A stretch of DNA of 64,000 bases. Origin: Mayamaea pseudoterrestris (taxonomy: Eukaryota). This document shows positions 33,001-44,196 of this stretch, one piece after another. The position numbers and the translations under genes are program-made. Position 1 is the first letter of the stretch. Every line of letters begins with the position of its first letter. Location: the NCBI GenBank assembly GCA_027923505.1, contig BROI01000012.1, positions 496,001 through 560,000 of the forward strand. Direction: 5' to 3'. The notes under the pieces are model-generated. The model was given only the letters and a program-made list of their open reading frames with translations, was not told the origin of the DNA and searched no databases.

Positions 33001-36000
33001 TCCTACTAGCTCATCATTGCGGATTGCTGACTTGATTTTGCTTTTCCAAGCACGACACTCTCTATTCGTCCCTCCCAATTCATAAGAGTCGCTGTCGTGA
33101 TTGTTTTGCCACATGATGCAGTGTCTTGCTGTGAGCAACAATTGCGTAACTACTTTGGGAAGCTGCGTCCGTGTCTACGATGCAGCGGTACAATACATGG
33201 AGTGCTTGCTCTATCGTTTCCAATCATCATATCAAGAGAGTCGTAAATGGTTTTATAAAAATGCAAGTCGTCTGCTATTGTTGGCGCAATATCTTATCGT
33301 TGAGAAGCAGGATTATCGCAATCGTTTTATCCTCGATTGCATCTGCACGAGCTCCATTTAAATCGGCGGCATGGACAACTTTTAGCATAAATTAGATAGT
33401 CGAACAACCAAAGTTGCAGTTTTGCGCATCGTCTCTCACGCAGACGTTTACTCGTGTCGCTTGTATAGTTGCGGGTCAAGGATTTCTAGCCGCATTATCC
33501 TAATCTCAAAATCGGTGTCACTACCAATTGTATCCCCCGTCAAGAGACCGATGTCAACAAGTCATGCATTGGTCGCCCGTACTATTGAGCAAGTCGCTGC
33601 ATAGTAACGCCTGGTAACACGTTCGCAAGTAAGCGTGACAGACCAACACCTTGTAGAATCCACCGCGGCAGATTGACTTTTTGCAGCTCCAAAGAATCGT
33701 CAAGAATCAACAGGCGCCGTCTCCTCACCTGTCTTTGAAACATGCTTATCGGCCGTTGGCGATATTCGGTGGGAATAAAATAAGGCTCGTCGCCTCGAGG
33801 AAGCCATCTGTGCCTTGGTAGAAAGCCCGATTCTCGCCCGAGTAGGTGCCCGCTCGCCCGATACGATCTTATAAATGGTTTACTTGCCACAGAAACCCTT
33901 GCAAGGGCATAAGCCGTGCAATGCTCGCCAAATCGTCAACCGCACTCGAACGTCCGCTAGTTTAAAAGGGGGTAAATTTAGGTTTCTGCCACGCGGCACC
34001 GAAAGGTTTTGCTCCACATTAATTGCTACTTTGTTTAAGCAGTATGGGCATCGATGCGAACGTTTCGCAGCACGGCTGCTGCTCTTTCTTTAACATTTTC
34101 TCCCTCTTCGCCGGCAATCCTAAAACATTAACTGAAACCAGGCTAATAAATCCAAAGCACGCCGAGTGCCGGCAACAGTTACACCTCATGATTATGACTC
34201 GCATTGGTCGGTAAGCGAGGGGCAAGAGCAATACGTGGACTCCTAATCAGATACACTCAGACATCGAAACCAACTCCAGCCTTCTGAAACAGTTTCAATA
34301 TAAAGTCGATGAGTACTTGCTTGCACCGACTGTCGATCATGGTACAGCCACTCGATACCAGGCCTTGATCAGATTCCATTGGGATATCGTCGGGCTAATG
34401 GATGCATGCCTTGTCTCGCCGTATTTTCACCACTCATCTGTATAATCGCATCGTAATGTCGCGATAGTTTATTGCGCGAGATTAAAGTAGTAGGATCTCT
34501 CCAGAGATGCTCCACGAAATTGATTGTATAAATGTGGACTTTTCGTTCCTGTTCCAAAAGTTGTTAAAGACTACATGTTTGCGTATAGCAGTAGCCCCTT
34601 GTTTGGCTCGCCGCAAAGTTAGTTGCTTTAGATGTCCAAAGGAGATCAACAACAGCACTTTTGGAGTGTCTTTACTATATGTCGCTGCTGACAGCCAGCA
34701 CAAAATCCTCCATCTTCGACGCAATTTGTATTCATGAATACCAGCTGTAGCGCTTCAGGTCGGTCGCGAAGTAATGTCGCCTGCTGCTCAGCGTTCTTAT
34801 GTGTATTGCCTCCGGCTCATTATAATCCAAGGCAGTAAGAATGCAGTATTGGCCAAACCAGTAGCTACGATACAGTCCACCGTCCCATCTCTCGGCAAAT
34901 GTCTGTGCATATCTTGTGCATGCTATTCAGTCGCCGGAACCCTCGTCGCGCAGGAACAGTAGCTGCAAGAGCTTTCACTCAACGTATAGCGCATAATCAT
35001 TGCTAGCCTATCGATATGATATAGCATGCTGCGTCTCCATGGTTCAGATCGTAAGAACAACAGTGCCCAAAGGATGTATGTCCGAGGAAAAGTTGAACCA
35101 CTTTCCACAGTTAAAATTCGTCCGAGACTCGCCGCCACTCAATCGATCCTCGGCTTCGAAAAGTTCGTGCAACATGTCTCGTCATGTGAATTGTCAAGTA
35201 TAAAGGAATGTAGATTGTCGACTTGTTGATTGCTGACTGTTCTCACCATCTATATGCAGACGAAAAGCAAATTCGACTCTCAAAAAGCCCTTCGTTTCGC
35301 TTAATGCTTCATTATAGCTAGTACCACAAATCTTTATTAAATGTAGTTCCGTAACAATATGCACGGGCCCGTAGTTCATTGTTTTTCCATCGTGTTGTAG
35401 CCTTTCTCGGTGCACGCGACACGCGACATCTAGCGCACCTTGACACCACAGATAGCTTGAACAAGCCTCAATGCAGCTTGAAACATTATAATGCGCCAAA
35501 CTGTGAAGAGTAGTATTGCGCTCTCGGCAAGAATGTGACGAGCGACGAGCAAACGACGAAAGCAAATGGAGGAACATGCAAGAGTTTCGCTTCTGCACTG
35601 TTGCACCGCCCATGCCACGAGCGACGCGCACCCAAGGGCCAGCTACTCATTGTCGAGGCAGCCCGTTTAAAAACTCGTGAAGCAAGTACACCAACTTGCC
35701 AAGTTCGTTAATCGATGCAATTTAAGCGCCAGCGAATCTTACTTGTCGTGGTCAGTCATCTTGATGAGTCTGTTGACCGCTATTTCAATTTGCGAGAATC
35801 TTTTCTTTCGCTATAGTCAAGTGTTATTCAAGCCGATTGAGCATTTTAGCAGAAGCAAGGCCACTTATCTAGCTTTCTCGTCGCTTCCCTCATTTTTTGC
35901 ATTCTCCATGGCATGGATTGGATGCGTTCTGTCGTCGTCGACCCCCATCGTCGGCACGAGCAATGTCGCAGCGCCATTACCCCGGAGGCTCGAAGGCCGC

Positions 36001-36121
36001 ACCGCACGAGAGCATCACAATGGCGCTTCGAGCCGTTGAAATACCGTACCGGTAGGCAACAAGACAACAACGAGACGACGAGAGCATTGTCCTACTTTTG
36101 CAATCACTTCAATACTCCATC

Positions 36122-37732
36122 ATGATTCGCAATTTTTTCGTTCTGAGTCCCCGCGGCGATACAATCATTGCCAAGCTCTATCGCAACGACAAGCGCGAAG
36201 GAGCGCACGAGCGGACGCACACGGAGGCTCTCTTTCGGCGCATCAAGTTTTGGGATGACTTGCAGGGTTCCAATAATGACAATGATAGCGATGGGACATT
36301 TGAAGGGAGTGAATTTGTCAATGGAATGAATAATAATAACATCAGCAATGGAGAAGGAGGAGGAGGCGATGGCACAGCTACGAGTAATGGCGGCACGGAA
36401 CACACGACTCTTTCCAAAAAGCGAACGGGAGATGCTCCTCCAGTACTCATGATGCCAGACGGCTTTACATACTTTTACATTAAGCGCAATGGACTCATTT
36501 TTGGAGCGTCCTCGGCGAGGAATGTTTCGCCCAATACAGTCTTGGAGGTATGTAAGATGTGCAGAGCGAGAATGTTTATTAGTTTCGAGCCATGAGGAAT
36601 CATCTACTCATTTACTAACATCCCTCTTTATTTTACACAGCTCCTTGCCACCATTGCCAGAATATTCAAAGACTACTGCGGAACACTATCGGAGGAAGCG
36701 CTCCGCAAAAATTTCATCCTTTGCTACGAATTACTCGATGAAATGATTGACTACGGCTATCCTCAAGTTACTCGGACGGACAATTTAAAGAGTTTCGTTT
36801 ACAATGAACCAATTGTTGTTGAAGCAAGCAGTCTTTCAAATTCAGCGAGTAGCATCAACCCCAAGACGGCTTCGGCCAGTGCTGTGCATAAGCCAGTCAT
36901 TGCGTCCGTCAATGCCACTGGACGTAGCTTGGCCACGACGCAAAATAATGAAATCTTTGTTGATATTTTGGAAAGACTCAATGTCGTCTTTAGCAATAAC
37001 GGGTATGTGTTGAACAGTACCATTGACGGATGCATTCAAATGAAGAGCTACTTGGCCGGGAACCCTGAACTGCGACTCGCGTTGAACGAGGATTTGGTCG
37101 TTGGTCGAGACGGTGGCCGCTATGGATCAGTCACAGTGGACGACATGAATTTCAACGACTGCGTCAACTTGATGGAGTGGGAGTCGGCTCGTACACTTTC
37201 ATTTATTCCACCTGACGGAGAGTTTAACGTATTGTCATATCGCATTACTGGAGAGTTTCCACCGCCCTTTCGAATCTTTCCCAGCTTTGAAGAGACGGAA
37301 CCGAAGAAGGTGGAAGTCACGTTACTTATCCGAGCCGACATGGCTGGCAACCACTTTGGCGCCAATGTTATTGTTGAAATGAGACTCCCAAAGGCGGCAG
37401 TTTCGGCGTCATGCAGTCTCATGTCGGCGCCAGGAACTGGCCATGCCAGCGCCGAGTTTGTCGCTAGCGAGAACAAGATTGTTTGGACCATGAAAAAGTT
37501 TACCGGCGGCACGGAGCAAACCATGCGTGCCAAGATCTCCCTGGATCGGCCATGCACGACGCAGGTTCGCACCGAGTTTGGACCAATTAACATGTGTTTC
37601 GAAATACCAATGTATAATGTTTCAAACCTGCAGGTGCGGTACTTGCGAGTAGCGGAACACATGGTGGGATACACGCCGTATCGATGGGTTCGCTACGTGA
37701 CGCAGAGTACATCGTATGTTTGTCGATTGTAA
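36122..37732 (+). CDS. AP4M1: AP-4 adaptor complex mu subunit; intron 36548-36640
   Basis: FFVLSPRGDTII, KDYCGTLSEEALRKNFILCYELLDEMIDYGYPQ, NEIFVDILE, FIPPDGEF, PYRWVRYVTQSTSYVCRL. Confidence 0.92.
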
Positions 37733-39307
37733 AAAGTGGAGGCGACATGGGTCGTTATTGGGAACGGAGGGAGTAGATGGCGACGGTCGTACAGCATCAA
37801 TCGGTTGGAACGTTATAAACTTTGTGAATGATACTACCTGTACGCAGATACATTCTCATTGTACATCTACCTCTTTCAAAAGCAATACTAGTAGCTACGG
37901 CAGAAGTGACAGAGCGTGTTCGCTGGCGGTCTGTTTACTTACTTTCAATGATGCAATACTACGAACCGCAGGCAACGACTGTTTGAAACTGCATGGTACA
38001 ATAAAGGTAGCATCTCTACATACTTGTCCAATAAATTAAAGCATACGCATGTTTGATGAAAGCTTTTGCTATGTGTGCAAGGTATACTACATTCGCCCAT
38101 AGAGAGCAGGTGGATTATCATTTGGCAACCTGTTGGTGCGCTTTTGATCATGTACCGGTAGCTCGGCGAGACATCAACTGGAGAAGCCAGTGCAAATAGC
38201 AAACGACAGCACAGTAGACTACCAGTGCTTAATTGTAGCTCTCCGATCCGAATAGTCCGTCCTCATGAAATCTTCGTCATCGACAAGACCAAGCGTCGTC
38301 TCAAGCAGATCATTCAACAACAACGCTACCTTTTCTTCGACCTTCTTCTGACATGTATCATAAGATGCCCTGCATCTTCATGAATGCACCAATCTTCAAA
38401 ACTGCGCCGCGTCAGTGACAAACGACTCACTTGAGCGCTGGAGGATCGAGTATTCTTACCCCAGCGTGTTGACGCCGACATTACTTTTTGTTGCCAGTTA
38501 TATAAGTTATGTCATCCCTGCGTCCCCAACTGATATGAAACATACAGGAAGCTCATCGTCAACGACAGTCGCATTCATGTGCCTCAATGGCGTAAAGTTT
38601 GACTTGATTTGTCGACAGCAACCGCCTCATTGCTCGAGCTGCTTGGCAGTTCAAGGCGTTAAATCACGTACCAGCACATCACCACTTCCATGGTCGTTGA
38701 CATCTTCGCAGTCTCCAGCGGGTCAAGCACAACGATCAGTTGGTTCCCCCAGGATCTCCGCAACGTTTCTGGTTGAGGTGCAACGGGCACCTCTACGATA
38801 GGGGCTATATTCATTGAGTACCGCAGCTGACGATTTTTGAAATTTCGACTTGTCACAGTGCTGCTGTTTATGGCTAAACTTTTCAACAGCAAGCGAGGTG
38901 AGCGAACGGAATGTCGTCGTTTGTCACGTTCCTTCCGAAGATACCTTGTGACGTAAGACTCATATATAAATATATCCGGCAACGAATACGAGGCACTTTT
39001 CGCGGCGTCGCGCGAACGCGTGTTTTCCTCGTCGCAAAATCAAACCGATCCTTCATTATTTTGATTGCCTTGCACCTTTGCAGTAACAGTAAGTCGACGC
39101 TTGTATGCAGCTGAGAATAGAGAGTCATGGAAGCGACAGAGCAGTACTCGTAGCACCAGCGAGAGGATGCAATGCAGCTTCTCCTCACATAATTGCTTTG
39201 CGAGGAAGGACGTCTCGTTCATCGATGAATAATTTCTTTACTCACTTCGTATGTCTTTATCGTTTACAAACATATCCAGAACATACACTCAACAATACAC
39301 TTTAATC

Positions 39308-41296
39308 ATGAAGTTCTCCACCACATTTGTCATTGTCATTGCTTCAGTCCTCTTCGCCTCCTCTGACGCTAAATTGCGTGGCGACAACAATCGTCAACGA
39401 CGACTCAAAGGATCCAAGTCGGGCGGCAAGGGCGGCTCTCACAAGGGAAGTAAAGGATCGAAATCCAAGGGCAAAGGAGGAGTATCTGGCTCAGTCGGAT
39501 CAGGTTCATACAGCAACGGCACCGTCGGTCGCGCTTCCAGTGGATCTGGATCAACCGTCCATGTCTCAAGCGAAAACGTTCAGCATCACATTACCGCCCA
39601 GGTACACCATGCCACTAGCGGATCGACAAGCACTGTCGTATCCAGTGGAAGCGTCAGCGATGAGTCGGTTGTCAGCTCTGCATCCGTTCCAGCATTATCG
39701 GCCTCGAAACCAGTTTCATCGGCAAGTATCCCAGCAGTAAGTGGTTCGGCAAGTCTCCAAGTAGAGTCATCCGGTTCGGCCAGCATCCCAGCTGTGAGCG
39801 GATCGGCCAGTCATGTTGTTGATGGCTCGGGCAGCATCCCGGCCGTGAGTGGCTCAGCCAGCATTACGATGGCATCAGGATCTACTTCCAAGGTAGTCGA
39901 AGGCTCTGCCAGTCTCCCCATAGCCTCCGGTTCTGCTTCAAAGCCAGTCGAAGGTTCGGCCAGTCTCCCGATGGCTTCTGGCTCTGCCTCGAAGGCCGTT
40001 GAAGGCTCTGCTAGTCTCCCAATGGCCTCCGGTTCTGCTTCAAAGCCAGTTGAAGGATCTGCTAGCCTCCCAATGGCATCTGGATCTGCCTCCAAGCCCG
40101 TCGAAGGCTCGGCAAGTCTCCCAATGGCTTCTGGCTCTGCCTCGAAGCCCGTCGAAGGGTCTGCTAGTCTGCCCATGGCATCCGGATCTGCCTCGAAGCC
40201 AGTTGAAGGATCGGCAAGTCTCCCAATGGCATCTGGATCTGCCTCCAAGCCCGTCGAAGGCTCTGCCAGTCTCCCCATTGTCTCCGGTTCTGCTTCAAAG
40301 CCAGTTGAAGGATCGGCTAGTCTCCCGATGGCATCTGGATCTGCCTCCAAGCCCGTCGAAGCATCTGCCAGTCTTCCCGTGGCATCTGGATCTGCATCCA
40401 AACCTGTTGAGGGTTCTGCTAGTCTCCCAATGGCATCTGGATCTGCCTCCAAGCCCGTCGAAGGATCTGCAAGTCTTCCCGTGGCATCCGGATCTGCATC
40501 TAAACCTGTCGAGGGTTCTGCTACTCTCCCCATGGTATCCGGCTCTGTGTCCAAGGCTGTCGAAGGCTCTGCTAGCCTCGCTATGGCTTCTGGATCTACG
40601 TCCAAGGCTGTCGAAGGCTCTGCTAGCCTCCCTATGGTATCTGGATCTGCGTCCAAGGCTGTCGAAGGCTCGGCCAGCATTCCGATGACATCCGGATCTG
40701 CGTCCAAGGCTGTCGAAGGCTCGGCCAGCCTCCCTATGGTATCTGGATCTGCGTCCAAGCCCGTCGAAGGCTCGGCCAGCATTCCAATGACATCCGGATC
40801 TGCCTCCAAGCCGGTGGAAGGTTCGGCCAGCATTCCAATTACTTCGGGCTCAGCTTCTCTGCCTGCAGTCTCCGGCAGTGCATCCAAGCCCGTCGTTGGA
40901 TCTGCATCATTGCCAGCAGTTTCCGGAAGTGTGAGCAAGCCTGTTGATGGCTCTGCCAGTATTCCGGCGACCTCGGGCTCAGCTTCATTGCCAGCAGTCT
41001 CAGGCAGTGCATCCAAGCCCGTCGTTGGATCTGCATCATTGCCAGCAGTATCCGGAAGTGCCAGCAAGCCCGTCGAATCTGGAAGTGCAAGCAAGAACGT
41101 CGAGATTGAGAGCGGCAGCACGGCCACAAGTGGCAGCGCCAGCCTTCAAGCTCCGACGAGCTCAGGAAGTGTTTCTGCTACTCCAGTTGAAAGTGGCAGT
41201 TCAAGTACTCAGGTCAACCATGTCAGTGCACCAACGGAATCTTCGTCAAAAAATAGTGATGGTGATACTCAGTCGTATTGGTGGCAAAGAAAGTAA
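39308..41296 (+). CDS. Secreted Ser/Gly-rich tandem-repeat protein with N-terminal lysine cluster (silaffin/cingulin-like)
   Basis: Signal peptide, RQRRL, KGSKSGGKGGSHKGSKGSKSKGK, 19 units of 17 aa (SGSASKPVEGSASLPMA), C-terminal YWWQRK. Confidence 0.8.
   Translation: MKFSTTFVIVIASVLFASSDAKLRGDNNRQRRLKGSKSGGKGGSHKGSKGSKSKGKGGVSGSVGSGSYSNGTVGRASSGSGSTVHVSSENVQHHITAQVHHATSGSTSTVVSSGSVSDESVVSSASVPALSASKPVSSASIPAVSGSASLQVESSGSASIPAVSGSASHVVDGSGSIPAVSGSASITMASGSTSKVVEGSASLPIASGSASKPVEGSASLPMASGSASKAVEGSASLPMASGSASKPVEGSASLPMASGSASKPVEGSASLPMASGSASKPVEGSASLPMASGSASKPVEGSASLPMASGSASKPVEGSASLPIVSGSASKPVEGSASLPMASGSASKPVEASASLPVASGSASKPVEGSASLPMASGSASKPVEGSASLPVASGSASKPVEGSATLPMVSGSVSKAVEGSASLAMASGSTSKAVEGSASLPMVSGSASKAVEGSASIPMTSGSASKAVEGSASLPMVSGSASKPVEGSASIPMTSGSASKPVEGSASIPITSGSASLPAVSGSASKPVVGSASLPAVSGSVSKPVDGSASIPATSGSASLPAVSGSASKPVVGSASLPAVSGSASKPVESGSASKNVEIESGSTATSGSASLQAPTSSGSVSATPVESGSSSTQVNHVSAPTESSSKNSDGDTQSYWWQRK
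39875..40843 (+). repeat. Coding tandem repeat, 19 x 51 bp, plus degenerate flanking units
   Basis: Exact 51-bp period; units differ mostly at synonymous positions. Confidence 0.95.
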
Positions 41297-41490
41297 ATCG
41301 CGCATGCAGCCAACCGTATGATTGGGAGGAGTAGAACATGACATTTAGATCCACCATACGTTAAAATATAACCTTACAAGCAACCATTCTCAACTACAGT
41401 AGTAAACACGTAGCATTTAAAGTAGAGTATTTTTGATGGCGTTGCTGCAGAAGTCGTGCTGCTGCAGAAATTTGTTAACATCATATTCGA

Positions 41491-43260
41491 CTACGTTACA
41501 GTCTGCATAAAGTTTGACGATCGTTCAAGGCCGTCGACAAGCGCTTCGTTCAAGCCCTTCACTCCCTTGTATGCCACTGCAGTTGGCACTGAAAATTCTC
41601 GCAAAGCGTCCATCACGGACATTACACCCATGGCCGACGAGCGACGTCCGGCGAATGGCAAAGTGTCTGGTGATCTACCACACTGCTGATTTAGATTGAT
41701 CTTGGCAAAGACGGCCGAAAAGCCATCCACCAACTCGATAGTTGATGCAGGATCTTGTCCAAAGATGCTGACTTGCTGACCAAATGGCTGGCCGCTCTGG
41801 CCAAAATTAATTACTTCCTCAAGGCTACTGTAGGTAGTAATTGGTATAATCGGACCAAACTGCTCCTCATTAAACACTTTCATGTTTGGCGTGACGGGAA
41901 ACAAAACGGCCGGAACCATCAGAGTACTCTTCGCGCCTCCAATTATTTTGCCGCCGTTGGCATTTACAACCTTTGCTCCCTTGACAACCGCATCATCTAT
42001 CAACTCCTTCATGTAGTCAATCCGGCCGCTGTTTGGAAGTGGCGTAATCATGGAATACTTGCCGTTACTCTCATGCATCTGATCGGGCAAGCCGACCGTC
42101 ATGGCATCCACGCGTTTTACCAGCGCCTCCACAAACGTTTCAGCGTGAGCGGACGGAACGTAGTGCAGCTTCAAAGCAGTGCAGCGCTGCCCATTATACG
42201 AGAGACTTCCGGTAATAGCTTCATTGAGAGCATTGTTCAAAACAGCGTCTGCAGTTGTTGTGAACATGTCATCCAAGTAGATGGCCATGTTATTTGCTTC
42301 GAGCTGCAGAAAAATCTTGAGGCGATGTGGTTGCGGATGAAGCTTGATCAATTCGTCTGCTGCCTTGGAACCTCCAATAAAGGCCAATCCATCCACTAAA
42401 CCAGTCTCCATGAGCGGCGGCATGGTTGATCGACCCGAGCCTGCAATAAAGTTGACTGTTCCTGGCGGCAGCGACTTTTGCAATGCCTCCATGGTCAAAA
42501 CATGAACCAAGCCTCCAACAGTAGGAATCTTGAGAATGCAAACGTTACCCATGAGCAGCAATGGAATGATGCAGGCGTAGCTTTCGTTGAGTGGATAGTT
42601 GTACGGCGCAAGCGTCAAGTATACTCCAATGGCGTTGCGCTTAACAAAGGCTCGCGTTGTTCCGCCATGAGTCTTCCACTCGCCAGTGAATTCCGAATTG
42701 GTTTGAATGGCTTGAATCACCGACTTTGCAAAGATAATTGTTCGATCAAACTCTGCTTCAGCATCGACTCGGTTCTTTCCAATCTCCCACATGAGTACAT
42801 TGACTATATCCTCCCGCTTCTTGGAAAGCTCCTCGAGGTAAATTTGAATGGATTCGATCCGCTGCTGCAGAGTCATTTGCGGCCAAACACCCGCTCCATG
42901 CTTCCATGCCTCGACAGAATCTTGTAGAACGTGTAGTGACTGTTCCTTTGTAAATTGAGGTAGTCGTCCAATGTTGAATCGTTCCAGTACGACTGAATTT
43001 GTTGTCTTGTCGTCGATTGCATCTGGAGCAGGACAAGACTCGTCGTCGTCGCCATTCTTGTCACGTTTGGTCGAAGCGGCCCTGCAGCAGGCAGTGACTT
43101 CAGTCCACCTCGTTGAAGGTATTTGCGTCAAATCGAGGCTCGCTGGTAGCCAAATGGTGGGAACAACGTTTGGAAGTGACGATGATGTTTGCGTCGACGA
43201 TGATGAGGCCAAGCCAAATGGTGCGAAAAGGGCGGCCAAGATTAGCGAGTAGCAATGCAT
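41491..43260 (-). CDS. Aldehyde dehydrogenase, GAPN-like (non-phosphorylating NADP-GAPDH), with signal peptide
   Basis: EIGK, APYNYPLNE, LLMGN, FIGGS, SYNGQRCTALK (catalytic Cys), EEQFGP, PFAGRRSS; N-terminal hydrophobic leader. Confidence 0.82.
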   Translation of the reverse strand: MHCYSLILAALFAPFGLASSSSTQTSSSLPNVVPTIWLPASLDLTQIPSTRWTEVTACCRAASTKRDKNGDDDESCPAPDAIDDKTTNSVVLERFNIGRLPQFTKEQSLHVLQDSVEAWKHGAGVWPQMTLQQRIESIQIYLEELSKKREDIVNVLMWEIGKNRVDAEAEFDRTIIFAKSVIQAIQTNSEFTGEWKTHGGTTRAFVKRNAIGVYLTLAPYNYPLNESYACIIPLLLMGNVCILKIPTVGGLVHVLTMEALQKSLPPGTVNFIAGSGRSTMPPLMETGLVDGLAFIGGSKAADELIKLHPQPHRLKIFLQLEANNMAIYLDDMFTTTADAVLNNALNEAITGSLSYNGQRCTALKLHYVPSAHAETFVEALVKRVDAMTVGLPDQMHESNGKYSMITPLPNSGRIDYMKELIDDAVVKGAKVVNANGGKIIGGAKSTLMVPAVLFPVTPNMKVFNEEQFGPIIPITTYSSLEEVINFGQSGQPFGQQVSIFGQDPASTIELVDGFSAVFAKINLNQQCGRSPDTLPFAGRRSSAMGVMSVMDALREFSVPTAVAYKGVKGLNEALVDGLERSSNFMQTVT

Positions 43261-44196
43261 CTTTTATAACTTCTATTTCTGCCAATAGAATCCTCCCGTG
43301 CTCTGCTTATAGCTCAGAAACAGACTACCGTAGTTGAATAACGCTTGTATAAGGCGTATACCAATAAGGAAATGATGATGCCGAGATAAACAAAAATCTC
43401 TCCACCTGTCACAGATTGTCGTAACGGTACTTGATGCGACACGCACGAACATTTTTGTGCTAGACAATGATGAGCATTGACGAAGGTGAGACGCTCGCTG
43501 CGTTCATCAATTTCTGCCGCACCAAATGTTATAGCATCGCATATCCAGCTCATCCGACAGCCGTATTTGCACCAAATTGAATGGCATGATTGCCGCAGTT
43601 GACGAAATGGTGTAACAATTTCCGCACGTTGAGCGACTGTGTAAGCTAAGGATTCATTTGGTGGCCGTCGCCCTTCCAATTTGATTTGACGGACGCAACG
43701 AAACAACGAATGCACGTGCGACTCGACGAACCAAAGCGCTTGCCGTAGTTACAAGTTAAAGCGGAGCCGGCACGAAATTTCTATGACTAAGCATTTGGAA
43801 AGCAATTATACGGCTGTCAAGAGATGCGTGCGGACTGCTGGTATCATTACACGATGGAATGATTGGAGATGCTACTGATACCAGAGTACATTTTGGTTTT
43901 GCTTCATTGCTTCAGACAATATATCCGAGATACATTATAATAATAACATGGACATTCCCAACCAGTGTTATGCGCTTTATGGAAGACCTGCAACTACAGG
44001 AGTGCGTCTGCGTCAAGTACACGACCGTGCAGGCTATCCGCGTCATTGTTTGACGACTTGTATAATATTGAATAACTGTAACTTCTTCTATAGCTTATGA
44101 GTACTCATTATTATCACAAAAGGATAGGAATCGCAATATGATAGAAGCTTTAACACGCCCAGACTTTGCGAAAGTCTACCAAGCCGGCAACTTCAC

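Noticed and set aside
30300..36000. Centromere
   Set aside because: Characterised Phaeodactylum centromeres are markedly low-GC; this tract looks only mildly AT-enriched by eye.
39811..41127. 438-aa minus-strand repetitive ORF
   Set aside because: Antisense shadow of the 51-bp coding repeat; the plus strand has the signal peptide and the synonymous-site variation.
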